Under the pieces are notes generated by a model that saw only the letters and a program-made list of their open reading frames with translations, was not told where the DNA came from and did no database searches. Made by a program: the position numbers and the translations under genes. Below are positions 37,386 through 51,591 of a stretch of 64,000 nucleotides of DNA, piece after piece. Every line of letters starts with the position of its first letter. Position 1 is the stretch's first letter. Source of the DNA: Pocillopora damicornis (Eukaryota); the NCBI RefSeq assembly GCF_003704095.1, contig NW_020846461.1:186001-250000 (forward strand). The letters run 5' to 3'.

Positions 37386-38845
37386 CGATTTATATGCGGA
37401 ACTCAGCCCACTTCGGATCTCCTTTTTCAGTATTGGATGAAATTTAATTAGAATACGGTAATAAATTTTAATTTTCAAATTACGCGCTCAAAACAGCCAG
37501 GAGCTTTAAAAGAGTGAAGTCTTAACATGTGAATGTTAGCCTTGATGATGGCATTTTCAGCTACAGTTCATCAAACAGAAGAGCGCCAGATTAGAACGAA
37601 GGTAATCTCGTACTCAGATCCTACAATGTAACTGTAACTTACAACCGCTTGGCTGGGAAAGGTCTGGGTACAAGACTTGCTGGGGCCTTTCTACGTCCAG
37701 ATTGGCTATCATCCTCGATAATCAGGGTACTGAGCTACAATAGTTGAAGGACATTTTCATAATAACGTTTCAACAACTCTTTTATTAGAATTCCTTTTAA
37801 TCATAAAAGCTTTGAAGCTGAACTTCGTCGAGTTAGCAATTAGTTTGACCAGGCGTGGACACAACTTAAAACTTTTCTTTTAAGTGCTGATGATGTCTTC
37901 CTCACTGACAACATTTCAGCAAAATTTCTCAGAAGTATGAAGGTGTCCAAACACTCGTGAAAAAAAAGAGTCTGCTAGAATGACTGCTAGGTGAGAACAC
38001 AGAGTGCAAAACAAGAGAAATATTTCATTATTATATATTCATATTTTTTTTACCCTAGCTATATCAGAACAGGTTGTGGTTCAACACCATTCTATTTTTT
38101 ACTTTCTCTAAGCTATTATCTCCAAATTATAGATAATACAGACATATATTTTCCTATGTAGCAATATTGTTTTTGGAAATTCAGTTCCCTTAATATTAAT
38201 TGTTTAACATTAAATTCACATTGCTTTCAAAAATACTGCCCCTGCATACTGCCCTGGGGTCTGTTTCCTGAAGGTCCTGGCAACTTACTGGCCTGTAAAG
38301 CTGTTCTGATTTTAATTCCAGATGGGGGTTTAAAAGGTTTAGAAAACATACAAAAAAAAAACTATTTGCCAAAGAAACAAAATGGACTCGTTAGGGTGCC
38401 AGAAACTGCTTCTCTATTGTTTTAATGATTTCCAGCCCATTAAGTTACTAGGACTTTGAAGAAACTGGTTGCAGATCCTTCACCAAAACCATTTGCAAAA
38501 TTCCACCAAATTCACCATTAACGTTTTTTGCATCCATTGTGGGACAGAGCTGACAGAGGTGACCTTTAAAGCATTAACCATTTAACTGTTAAGAGTGACT
38601 AGCATCTAATTTCTCCTCACAATATCACCACTGAATCACACACTGATGTCATGAGAGTAAAATAAATGATCACCAACTAAAGAAACTCTTGATTGTTACA
38701 CAGATTCTCCTTGTCAGCACCTTAGTTAATGTAAGGAGAATATGACACTAATGTTAGACTGTAAAGGGTCAAAGAAGTCGCTGCTCCCAACATCTACCCC
38801 ACCGCTGATTGTATGCTATTATTCTACCATTAATGAAGATCAGCT

Positions 38846-41800
38846 TCAGGATGACATTTCTAATTTGTACAAATCACTTCTTTTTTGCTGCTGAACAGGA
38901 ATCTGAGCTCTAATTTCTTCAAGATAGTTAACATCTGCAAAACAAAATGGGAAGACTTTAAATGAATTTTTGGAAATCAAACTTTTTCAATTTTATAGCA
39001 ATAATTCTACAACAAGAATAATACAAAATCAGAAGATCTAGTCTTTGTATCTGTGATATTTTTGTATTTCTACAACCATCTTTACTTATGCCATTACAAA
39101 TTCAATTTATTTTTTGTTCTTTGACTTGTGTAATCAACTCCTTAACAAATAAAATCTACAAGAGAGCTGTAAAGACCATGTGTAAAAACAACCATACCTA
39201 TATCTGAATATAAGATTTGCTCTGTATGGTCTGCTTTGGCAATCACTTCACCCCTAAGAAAAACCATCCACAATGCATCATCATTTTATCAATAAAAATC
39301 AAAGTGACAAAGCATGAACCAATTATAATAAATGATGGTTGATCCATGCAGTTAAAAAAGGAAATTTGATTAAGTAAGGAATGACAACTGACTATCAAAG
39401 AAACAGAAAAACAAGAACTATCCTAATTGATTTCCAGTATTCTCAGATGATCAGAATTATCTCTGCTTCTGTTTCCTAAAGGAGGAAAAATCTCGGAGAA
39501 AGAGGAAAAAAAAAATGGGCAAACACAAAGACACCCAAAATACTCAACACTATCTAGGAAATCAATGACAAAAAAGTCATAATAATCACAACACAATTTC
39601 TGTTCTCATCCAACTGCATCTTTCTTTGGCTGGTGATAAACCACAAGCTTACAAATGACCTTTTCACCATTACAATCCTTACCCTTATAATCAAGAGCTT
39701 TGGTAGTTGGTACTCGATTTCCTTTATTCTTGCGACTATAATAAATGATTCAGGGGTGATATTGTAAGGGGAATTTAGATGCTAGTCACTCTTAGGGGTC
39801 TACAGGTTCATAAATTTTTACCATGGATTGACAACTGTACTGTGGCCCCAGGCAACATATGTTGCTTTTTCATCTCTGGCTGGAGACACAGCTGCTACAT
39901 ACAGCTGAAAAAGAAGGAGACAACTTGAAATTCATAATTTGTGTTTCTTTTGTTCAATGTATAATACTATGTATTGCTAAGATTAGTAACTGAACCAGGG
40001 TGAGTTCAATTCACAAATATTGGGTGATTAATTTTTCTGACCTGATTATCCAGCGCCCTGTGAATGAAAACAGAGACTGTTAAGTTTTCAGAACATTCTA
40101 CTTCAGAATTCAAGCACCAACAGTGGAAGCTGACCTGGTATCCTATTATGGTAAGGGCAAATACCTAAGTTAATTTCAAAATGGTGTTATGTTAAAATCT
40201 TAACACATTTGAAGATAAATTTAAGCAGTTTAGTCAGAACTACATTTTATGATGTTTTAGTTCATATGGCAGAGATGAAAATTACATGCTTTCTTGAACA
40301 CTCTTTTCTTTTAACCCTTTAACTCCCAGAAGTGTTTAACATGTAACTTCCCCCTGTAATATCCATAAATTATCCAGCAAACAGCTGTTGTCTTGATCTA
40401 CCCATAGTGGTACCCGAGGTACCAGCAGTGGCATGTGTTTAATGCAAAATCAACAGATTCCCCATGGGTAAACGACCGGAAATTATGGTAACACCAAATT
40501 CTTGTTACTAATTTGCAAGGAAATGTGTTGCAGCTAGAGGGGAGAATTATCAACTAGATCTTGGGAGTGAAAGGGTTAAATCTACAACTATACACTATAA
40601 TCTGTGAAAAACTTACCTTGCCCTAATGAGTGGTTCCCAATGAGCTGGTCCTGTGGTCATGTTAAATGCTCCAGGATAAAATAGCAGTTTACACCCTAAC
40701 AAATTGAAGCAATTTTTGGTAATGAGTGCATGTTTTTTAATAAACTTATTAAAATGCATAAAAAAATTTTGCAAAATTCAACAACAGATCTTATTGAACC
40801 AATTCAACCAAGGTACTGCAAGTTTCTCATTGGCACCCCTTAGTATTCATAATGATAAAAACACTATTATGAAAAAAGATGATAATTGCAAGGCTGTTGA
40901 CAAGTTTGAAAGTAGGAAGTAAAAAAGATGGCAGACTAGCTGTTTTCAGCTTTGTAATTGATCAACATTCACCTTGCTGTGTGTAAACTTGAGCCATCTC
41001 TGGAAACCTGATGTCATAACAGATTCCAATTCCTATTTTACAGAGAGCTGCCAAAAAAATAACATGACTTCAGGTAAGATGAATATAGCTTCCACAACCA
41101 CATAAACAATAACATTAAAAAATAATTTCAACAACGGCAGCATTCCCAGTTTAGAGTGATTAATAAAGATAAAAGATTTTAAACCAACATACATGTATCC
41201 ATCATTGTCAGCTGTTTCCCACCACACAAAACTTCTGATTCTTGAAAGCGAATTTTTCCTGGAACATCAATATCAAAGAGATGAACCTATGAAAAATATG
41301 TGATACCTGTTCAGAAAAATTCTTTATAAAGAAAAAAATAACAAACTGGATTCAAGTGATATCAGGGAGATTGACATTGTACTCTTTTCCAACAAAAAAA
41401 TTTGAAATTTGAGAAGGAGATGGTGCTAAGCAAAACAGAATTTGGAAACCCAACACTGCCCACATAGATTGATAAAAATACAGATTGGAACAAAGCATGT
41501 AAAAGTATAGATATTCAATGCTCCTCAAATTTTCTTGTTTCCCCAACTCTAGGGTCAAAATCTGAGAATTAAAATCTCAATATCAAAAATCTGAGGTCAT
41601 TTATTAGGAAAATCGAAATGGCTTGGTGTGAGTTAAAAACAACTGCTATAAATGGTTAACCAACTTCTCAATCTTACAACAACTTGGGGCTGCATTAGTG
41701 TGCTAACCTTTCTGTGTTTGGCAAGCATGGCACCATCAGGTCCAAAAGAAGTTGAAGTATTGTACAGCTTCCCATCAGAATCACTTTCAGGGATAGACCC

Positions 41801-43094
41801 TCCTATGATGTAACAACCTGTCTCCTTAGCAACAGATGAGAGCATGTTTGTGGATTCCCCTGGAATTTGCTCAGCATAATTGGCAAAATACTGAGTGCCA
41901 TAAGGTGAATTGAAACATTCCTGATGGAGTCGGATTATTTTGAAGTTAAATTTAAGAAAATAATAAAAAGAATAATTCCTTAACTAACCTTAGAAGGTGA
42001 CAAATGAATAATGGGGATAACTTTCTATAGAAAATGTGGTGCTGTGTTGGCAAGGGATAATGCGCGATAATTTGGTGTTTTCGACCTAGGAGGGCTAACA
42101 ATTGAAGCTACACTTAAGAAAATCTTTACAGTGGTCAATTTACATTATTAACTCAGTTGACAAAACCAATTTTCTTCTATAAGGGTGACACAGAAGGTGC
42201 TTATGAATACTGGAATCTCAAATTGGTGAGATTTAAAATATCATGTAGAGATTTAGTCTATGATTGCCTACTATTTCCAAGGAAAATTATACCACTATGA
42301 GTGACTAGCATCTAATTTCTCCACACAATATCACCCCTGGATCACACAGAAAGGTCAAGAGAATTAAGGAAATGTCACTAACTAAAGAAGCTCTTGATTG
42401 TTGCACAAATTCTCCTTGTCAGCACCTTAGGAAATGTATGGAGAACAGTATGGAGAATATGCATACTGATGTTAGATTAAAGGTTAATACTCAATGCTTA
42501 AAAATTGATTCCAAAAATTGGTCTCTGCAATGTGTAAATAAATTAATCACATATAAGACTGTGATTGAAATGATGATCATGTTTACTTAATATAGGGATT
42601 CAGTGTATTGTCTCTAAAACAAAGAAGAGAATGTGTCTTGAGGTATTTTGTCCGAGCCTTGCACTTCAGAGTCCCCCCTCCCCTTCCAAAACCGTTCCCC
42701 TTTAAAAGGGGTAGGGTTGTTAATGTAGGAGTTCCCCCCAGTCACTCATCCCATCAAAGGATCACTGAAAACATCCCATTTGACTCCGAAACACCACCAT
42801 AATATGAGTTCCTATTCGATTACATGAATCTCTCATAACACTTTGGTTAACAATTTCATGGTGGAAATTTCTCCAAAAGGTATATATTACCGGCAGTGCG
42901 ACAATCTTCGCTCCGTTAGAGACTGCCTCTTTGATCTTGTCTTTAGCACGCAGCAAATTCTGAGCCTTGTTTGCAGTCACTGCAAGCTGAATCAGCGCGA
43001 TACGGAATTCTGAAAAAGTCATATATTAAAGGATGAAAAACTGAAAAATATTCCATTTAACGAAAAGGAAATTTTACTTACTGGAGGCCGACAT
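38846..43094 (-). CDS. NIT2: Omega-amidase NIT2 (nitrilase superfamily)
   Basis: Ten exons: 43094-43082, 43009-42891, 41920-41708, 41286-41193, 41047-40973, 40695-40617, 40057-40042, 39904-39822, 39253-39198, 38934-38846. Triad motifs [24 protein letters not shown] and GICYDIRF; also [15 protein letters not shown]. Confidence 0.95.
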
Positions 43095-43271
43095 GTTCCT
43101 TCAGGTGAGTTTTACCGTATTTGGTATTATTTGGCACGTGACTAGTGCCTTGAAAGAGCGCGCGAAATTTGCGTTCACTCATCAGCATTGCTTTGCATAA
43201 TTATGGAGGCTGTGAAGTTGTGATTTGTGAAAACGAGACATTTCGAGCGTTGATCTTATTCTTATGGTAGG
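43095..43271. promoter_or_regulatory. Bidirectional promoter NIT2/CHK1 with E2F-like site and E-box
   Basis: 177 bp between the two ATGs. CACGTGAC at 43135-43142 and GCGCGAAA at 43160-43167. Confidence 0.65.
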
Positions 43272-46200
43272 ATGACACCTTTTGTCGAAGGATGGGATTT
43301 TGTAGAGACGCTGGGTGAAGGTGCTTATGGCGAGTAAGTGTCGCGAATCCTGAATTTGTTGTTATTGTGAATGATATAGATGAATGACTACTTGTCTTCG
43401 ATTCTTCAATGTTCTACATTTAGAGTAAAACTAGCAGTGAACAGAGAAACGGAGCAGGCGATTGCTGTGAAAATTATCGATGTAGAGAAAGCTGCTGATT
43501 GCTACGATAATGTCAGGAAAGAGGTGAGTGGGGTTTATCGAAATTGAGACAATTGATGTAAGGGATCAGAGAGAAAATCGCTGCAGTAGTAACCTCTGTA
43601 GAAGCACGTGCATTAAAATATATATCATTAACAAATTGACTTATTGTGTCGACAGATTTGTATTCATCGCATGCTCCAAGATGTTCACGTTATTCGGTTT
43701 TACGGACAAAGAACTGAAGGGAAGAAACAGTATCTGTTTCTGGAGTGCGCCGGCGGTGGAGAATTATTTGACAGAATAGGTTAGCTTAATAAGATCATGT
43801 AAATTACAAAATGTGATTTGATTTTTGCTTGCTAACATGTTCTTCACCGATGTGGGGTAATCTTTTCCTTTAAGAGCTTCTCCTTCTCCAGTGCAATTGT
43901 CAAAATAAGCACATGCAATCATGTATAGCTGTAGGCATGAGAATATTTAGAGAGAGTATAAGGTAGAGGGAGTGGCACGGTAAGGTTGGGGGGGGGGGAG
44001 AGGAGCAAGAGGGCTCTGCCTCTCCCTTTTTGAGATTTCAAATTTTTTCCTTTTTAATGCAGAAGATTTTTAGCAGATTTTAGTGTTTTGTTGGTACAGA
44101 GTGAGGTTTTGATTTCTTTCCATCTGGTCTCTTTCTTAATTTTCTGGATTTTCTCCCTGGTAGACTTCTCAGTTATTTAGAAACAACAGCTTACATTGAA
44201 GTTAAACTGTCAAATGTCATATGGAAAATCTCCCTAAATGGATATCAGGATCTTGAAATTGGCCTTTCTCTGGGACAGACATGTAAAGGCTGTTTTGATC
44301 ATGTCTGTCTCACTGAGTTGACTTGATTCACGTACTGTAACATCAAAAAATTGAATACATCAAAAGTCCTTCAGAATTTATGCAAGAATGAGTCCTGCCT
44401 TAAATGTAAAGTGGAGGGGCCAAGTAAATGTGTTCTCTCTTCTGGTAGTGTTAGTAAAAAAAAACTAACCAACACGTACTTGATCAGATACAGTGTGAGT
44501 AACAAGATCTCCATTTTTTCCTCCATAGAACCTGATGTTGGAATGCCTCTTTCACAAGCTCATCGCTACTTCAGGCAGCTTATTGAGGGCGTGGTATGAT
44601 GGTGTTCTATGTTAGATATCTTGTACTGTTAGTACCAAGTTAAGGATTATACGCATGGAATTCTTAGACGTTGTGAATGACTAAGTATTGTCTTTCTTTA
44701 ATCTTAAGTCTAAGGCATATCGGTATAAAGAAAAAGGGCTAAGTCTCCATCTGGTATGGAGTACACTGATGTTAAGGTGTGATGGGTTAAGTTATTACCA
44801 GACTTTTGAGATGTTTTCTTTCTCTGCATGTACATACAGGAGTATCTTCACAAGCAAGGTGTCACACACAGAGACATAAAGCCTGAGAACCTTCTGTTGG
44901 ATGCTGATGGTAAGAGAAAGTCAAACAATTGTTCAAATTATACCAAATTTCAAACATATTGCTATACTAAATGATTCACCTTATCTGCCTGTTTTCTGTG
45001 TTATAATAGATAATTTAAAGATCACTGATTTTGGCTTGTCAACGGTATTCTGACACAAAGGAAAGGAACGTCTACTAGGAAAATGTTGTGGGACACCTCC
45101 CTATGTTGCTCCTGAGGTAGGAATAACACTTAAAGCTTTTGACTAATCTTCATTTCTCATTACATGTAATCAAACTGTGGCCCTGGTAGTTTCTGCCCTG
45201 AGATCAGTAGGGTGTTGTCGTCTGGGTCTTTGTGGGATTATTGTGCTGGGTTCAATCTTTTTAAAATTTAATTTTAGGATTACGAACATTTTGTCTGAAA
45301 TCATATATGGTTGTAGATAAATCTAGAGTGCTCACGCATTCTTAGATAAATTTCATGTTGTGCAAGTCCAAAAGGGACTAAACATTGCACAGACAGGAGC
45401 AAAGAAGATTGGTAAACACACTCAACTTTCACAGTGACTGAGTGATTGACCAAGTCTACTCAGGGGTAAAAATTGATTCTTTCAAATAGTTCAGAAAATT
45501 GTGAAGAACAGGGCAACCTGTAATGAATTAGCATTCCATCCAGATGGAGTGATCATATACATGTACTTATGTACATGTGTACTGTTCTTCCATGTCACAA
45601 GAATTGGGACAAAGTCAACAGTAATCTGGGTTACTTAAGTTAAGGCGTGTCTCTTTGTAGGTTCTTTTAAAGGGTGAATATAGAGCTGAGCCTGCAGATA
45701 TTTGGTCCTGTGGTATTGTTCTTGTCGCAATGTTGGCAGGAGGTAAGTAGTCACTTCTTATTTTTTAGCTGATAAAATTAATTTTCAATTATTTAAAAAT
45801 ATTGTCTAGAGGAAAGGGAATAAACCTCAGGATAGTTGATTGGACCACTTAACAAACACTTACTGGAAGTTAAGAGCCTTCTTTTGTAATATGAAAATAT
45901 AATAATACGATTAATAATAATATTACTATTAACTATGAATTCCTTAGCCCTTGAACTACCAGAAGTGACTAACATGAAATAACTCCCTGTAATATCTGTA
46001 CACCACCTAGCAAACAGGTTATTATGATGCTCAAATGTATTAGGTAGAAGTTTTCATCCTGATCTAACACCAAATTCTCATAACTAATATACAAGGTAAT
46101 GTATAACAGCTAGAGGGGAGAATTAACAATCAGATCTTGAGAGTTTAAGGGTTCAGGAGGGTGAGGTGAATGGAAGGGTTCACACGCCTGGACCCCTCCT

Positions 46201-49200
46201 CAGCTTCACTCTGTGTAATATATCAGCTTCATGCCTTGTGCCTCAACACTTCATGCTGCCTTCACTGTAGGTGTAAATCAATGTCCTTAACATAATATTC
46301 GAGGGTTTCTATAACTTTTAACATAAGTCATGGCTGATGGTGTGATAGGCACGTGTGCTTAAAAGGTGCTGTAAGGCAAAATCCAACTTGTAAGCTACAC
46401 AGGCAGGGGTAAGAGGTTTTATAGGCAGCAGTAGACCACCAGTAACAAGTTTTCATGAAACCCTATAAATAATTCTGTAAGAAGTCAGTATCTTTGTGAA
46501 TGTATTTGAATTTTTTATCAAAAATAGAGCTTCCATGGGATGAACCAACAAAATCAAACAAAGAGTATAATGACTGGCTCAATGGCAGAGTAAACAGGAC
46601 ACCTTGGTGCAAAATGGACCCACAGTCATTAGGTTTGTTCATTTTTATTATGAAGTTACAAATTCAAGTGTGGAAGTAAAAGTTATGCATAAACACATGT
46701 GTGGAAAATGTAGTGGTGGAGGTTAACTCTTTAACTTCTGTGAATGATCAACACAGAATTTCTCCTTACAGTATCAATACAATATCAACCGGATAACTGA
46801 TGATAATAAAGAAAAATATAAATTTGGGAATAATTAGTTGATCCAATACTAAATTCTCTGAACTAATATTATACGAATTGTATGGTTGACAGTAAGGAGA
46901 ATTTCAAATGTGATCTGGGAATTAAAGGGTCAAGAGCATGGGTGAAAGTAACTGAATGGTAATAAGACAGCTAGAACTGAAGTCATAATCAGAGATGAGG
47001 GTTGTTCTTAAGTTGGATTTTAAACATTTGTTCTTGTTAATTGTGTAGTCATTTGTTCTGTGATGTGATAAGCTGTTTGGTTAAAGTATTATTGGTAATA
47101 AATATGTGATTGGTCAATCTCTATTCACTGATGAAGTACAGTAAGTGTTTCTTTTCAGTTCCTTGTTATTGATCATGTTAGTCCCACACTTGTGACAAGA
47201 CAAAGAACATCTTTCTCTATTTCTTTATTGAGCTTAAAACTTACTCTTACTCTCTCTTATTCTATTTACAAGACATGACATTATTGAAATTGCTGATCCT
47301 AGCAGTATGCTGGACGCATTTCTTATTGGAACTTTGTAATGGGCTTAGAGCATGGGAGCATGCAATCTGAAGGTCTGAGGTTCAATTCCTCGTGGAGACT
47401 CAGAATTTTTCTTTGTCCCACGCTTGTGACAAGACGAAAAAACATCTTTGTTTAAGTTATCCTTTGTAGGTTGGTGTCCTCTGTTGACATCTGCATGTAT
47501 ACCTTTCTTTTACCTGTAGATTTCTTGTCAGAAATTCTTGTGGAAAATGCTAAAAGGAGGTTAACAATACCACAAATAAAGAAAGAACGATGGTTTTCTA
47601 GGTAAGGCTGTCTGTATGATTTGCTTTTATGCTTTAATCCTTTAATCCCTTCAAGTGACCAGCATCAAATTTCTCCTTACAATATCACCTTTGAATCAAA
47701 CATTAAGGATATGAGAAAATGGGAAATGATCCCAAATAAAGATGCTCTCTATTATCAAACAAATTCTCCCTGTTGGTACCATAGGAAATGTTAAGGTAAC
47801 AGTATGGAGAACATGCATATTGATGTTGGGGAGCAAAGGGTTAAATTCCTCAAGTTTAAATGAACATCTTGCCAAATGTAAAATGAATTTATTGAGTCCT
47901 TTTTCAATTTATTTTACCTCTAGATCAATAAGTACATCAAGAAGTCCAAGAGATGGTTAGTGAATGTCCTTAAAATTTTTAATATTTCTGACCAGATTTA
48001 GCAACATCTCACAAGTGAAATTGCTTTGAGTTAGCAAGAGGTTAGAGTTATCGAGGGTTTGAAATACTGAGGGTAAGATTGTTGAAAATGTATGTCGCAA
48101 ATTGAGGGGAAATATTTTTTGGCTCGTGTAAGCGCAAGGTTCTAGTTATCAAGGGTTTGAGTTATTGGAATTCAAATGTGTAAATCTTTCTGTTTTTAAG
48201 GGTGTTCTCCAGGGAACACACCCACAGGTACAGGAACATTTAAGAGAAGATGTACTGAAGCAGATGTTTCTTCTCCACAACGACCAAAAAGATACAAGTG
48301 AGTACTGTGCTGTGACTAGCCATATCATTATATTCCTACTTTGTCCTTGGTAAATATTTTTCCAGACAGATGTGCAGCATTTATGCTAAAAGCAATGATT
48401 AGCATGGCAAATTTTTGATCAAGAAGTTTGGATGTGAGCTCTCATCTGGATACTCATAATGTGCATGTGTTTTAGGCAAAACACTTTCTGTCATTTGCAA
48501 AACTTCTTTGCACTAAGTTGTTCAAAGTGTAATCAATACTGATGCAGATCTCACTGCCATGGCAAGATACATGTGTAGTTTTCTGGACAGCTTTACTATT
48601 AGCTTAGGGCAACCAAGCCCACGAGTATAAAAAGGTTCTAACAACTGTCACTGAAAATAAACTCTGTGTCATAAAATTTGTGGTTTCTCACATTTCCAAA
48701 ATCCAGATAAGCTTCTTTTGTGAGTGTTCTGTGAACTAGGCTTGCAAGACTTTCCCTTGCATTCTTTAGGGATCACATATCTGCCTCTCAGCCTGAGCCC
48801 CGCAGACTGGACAGTGGTATTGGGAGTGGTGCATTGGAGCTTGTTGATGACGAGGCAACAGTGAATGGATTGTGTTTCTCACAGCCTGTCCATCTGGATC
48901 ACATGTTACTAAGCACACAGATGCAGTCTACTCCTGGAACATCACAGGTAAAGATAAAATGTTTTTTACATATTACATTTGTCTAATCTGATGTTTTGCA
49001 GTAGCAGCCAATGCAAACACCTCTTTAATTAGAGACCTTGAACAAGTACCTTCACATGAATAATAACACTATATGGTTAAAAGTTGCCCTGCGGGCACAA
49101 ATCAGTCAAGGCAAAAGTTATATTTTTAACAACCAGATGACAATAATGATTTTAATGAGTACACATTTCTTTACTGCTCCCTTTTAGAGTCCATTCCAGA

Positions 49201-50174
49201 GTCTGGTTAAGCGTATGACTCGTTTCCACACAAAGAGGAGTGCAGACAAGACACTTCACAAGTTAAAGGAAGTCTTGGACAAACTTAAATATAGCTTTAC
49301 TGTGAATTCTCCTCGTCAGGTAAAGAGATACACCTTAACCCTTTACACCCTAACATCAGCATGCATATTCTCCATACTGTTCTCCATACAATTCTTGAGG
49401 TGCTAACAGAAGAATTTTTTCAACAATCAAGAGGTTCTTTAGTCAGTGATCATTTCCTTTAATTTCTTGACCTTGATGTGTGATTCAGGGCTGATATTGT
49501 AGGGAGAAATTAGATGCTGGGTGATGTTAGGAATCAAAGGGTTTGATCATCTTGCAAGATAGTGTAAGAAAGAATAATGTTAGACCAGCAAAGCACAATT
49601 TTCTCATGGCCCTTGTTTTTGCTAGAGAGCAAAATGAAATGTTTTACTGATGAAGACTCTTGTATAGTAAATTTCTTATCTTTACCCATACAGTAGGAAA
49701 AATGTGTTCCTAGGAAAAAATCAACTTAAACAATTTCCTCTTCTTTAATACACTGTAGGTCACAATATTGACAACTGACAGACGACAAAATAAACTGAGT
49801 GTTAAAGTAAACCTCATTGATATGCATCCCTCTCTGTTGGTAGACTTCAGATTATCCAAGGTAAATAAATTTGATATTGTAGAATTAAGAAAAATGAATA
49901 CAATGAGAACTGTTTCAAAGATTTGTAAAAATTTTGGTTCTATGTGGCAAATGGTAAGAGGATGGTACACTATACTATCAGCTAATTTGAACTCCTGCTA
50001 ACTCCAACTTATGTTTCCATTGGGAGTTTGAGTTATGAGGGGTTCTACTGTTACAGTACTAAAACATTCTGTGGCTAACTCTGGACATTTTTTTCCTCTC
50101 AGGGTGATGGTTTAGATTTCAAGCGTCACTTCCTGAAGATTAAGGCTCAACTAAAGGACATTATTGACAGGTAG
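43272..50174 (+). CDS. CHEK1: Serine/threonine kinase Chk1; one in-frame TGA at 45051-45053 in this assembly
   Basis: 15 exons: 43272-43333, 43424-43523, 43656-43779, 44529-44593, 44840-44909, 45010-45116, 45661-45742, 46528-46632, 47520-47601, 47924-47955, 48201-48297, 48770-48947, 49188-49319, 49759-49860, 50103-50174. [42 protein letters not shown] cluster (SQPEP, FSQP) and KA1 domain ([24 protein letters not shown]). Confidence 0.95.
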
Positions 50175-51591
50175 CAGGTGAAATTACTGTGGATGCCACA
50201 AGACAATGGGTGCATTTAAGGACTCTCTTGTGCCAAAACACATCCCAGCATGTACTGTTCCCTGTGAACTACTAAGAGCCCTCATTGTTGTTGTTCCTGT
50301 TGTTTTTTTTTAGCTTAATTAAACAAATATATTTAAAAAGATAACTAAGGGATTTATACAAAAAACAAATGAAAGAGTTAGAGATATACCTGTTCCTGTT
50401 CAAAAGAAATTTTCTATAACTTACATAAGACCATGTTTTGTACATGTATTTAATCACATGCAAAGATGGAAGCATTTAAATTGTATTCATATGGGTTTGG
50501 GGTAAGGTTGCTTAAGTCTAAATAAAGTATTTTAATGGGAAAGGAAGTTGTCTTTTTTTGTGGACTTTTTATTTTGAAATCCCAATGAAATAGTTTTAAA
50601 TAAAATTTAAAGAGAAAGTCAGAGAAGTGTCCACAAATATATAAAAACTTCACCTTAATTTCAAGAGCAATAGAGTCATTGCAGCATAGATATTTGGCTA
50701 CGAATTCTGTTGGTTGGATTTTCACTAAATCATACTACTCTGATTACCACTTCAATTCCAAGTCTGTCTCTAGTGAATGCTGGCTCGAAGTGAAATTGCA
50801 TGTACATTTGTTGATGCTGCTTTTGTTGTTGTTTTTTTATTGTGTGCGTGTGATAGGAAAAAAAGTTTACAGACGTATCTTCAAGGCACAACACAGTCTG
50901 GGAATTAAATCTTAGAGCAAAAAAATTTCAATCAGCAGTTAACCCTCTACACCCCAACATCAGAATCTATACTCTCCATACTGTTCTGTATACATTTCTT
51001 AAGGTGCTGACAAGGAGAATTTGATCTGCTTTAGTTGGCGATCATTTTCTCTCTTCTCATGACTTTAATGTTTGATTCAGGGGAGAAACCAAAAGGAGAA
51101 ATTAAATGTTAGTCACTCTTGAGGCTTAAAATAAGGGTTTATTCCATAGGAGCACTAAACAATTTGGTGACATCATGAGCTTTTTAATCTTTAAAATAAT
51201 TGTGTCTGATTGTCACATGCAATTATCATGTTAATGTACAAAATTTTTACAGAAATAACTATAAAAAAGCTTTTTAAATCTGCATACAGATCGGCATTCT
51301 TTCTTTTAATTTTCAAGCATAACAAATAACTATTCCATTATTATTATGAATTGATTATCAACCCTTTCACTCCCAAGATCTCATTAGTAATTCTCATTGC
51401 TGTCTGCCATATAGTTCTTGTGATGTTAATTGGAAAATTTGGTAATGAATTTACTAATAATCTCTTATTGATGCTACTCTTTATTCTCATCACTAGTCTG
51501 CTTGATATTGCACTTATATTGTAAAGAAAAAATTCTCTCTTGGTCATTCAAGGGAGTTAAAAGGTTCATAACACTAAAATCAAAGATAAGT

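Noticed and set aside
51166-51216. Possible SECIS downstream of CHK1 (GTGACA..ATGA..AAAA..TGA..TGTCAC) that could recode the TGA as selenocysteine
   Set aside because: Helix II does not pair, the site is about 1 kb past the stop, and the TGA aligns to Arg rather than Cys.
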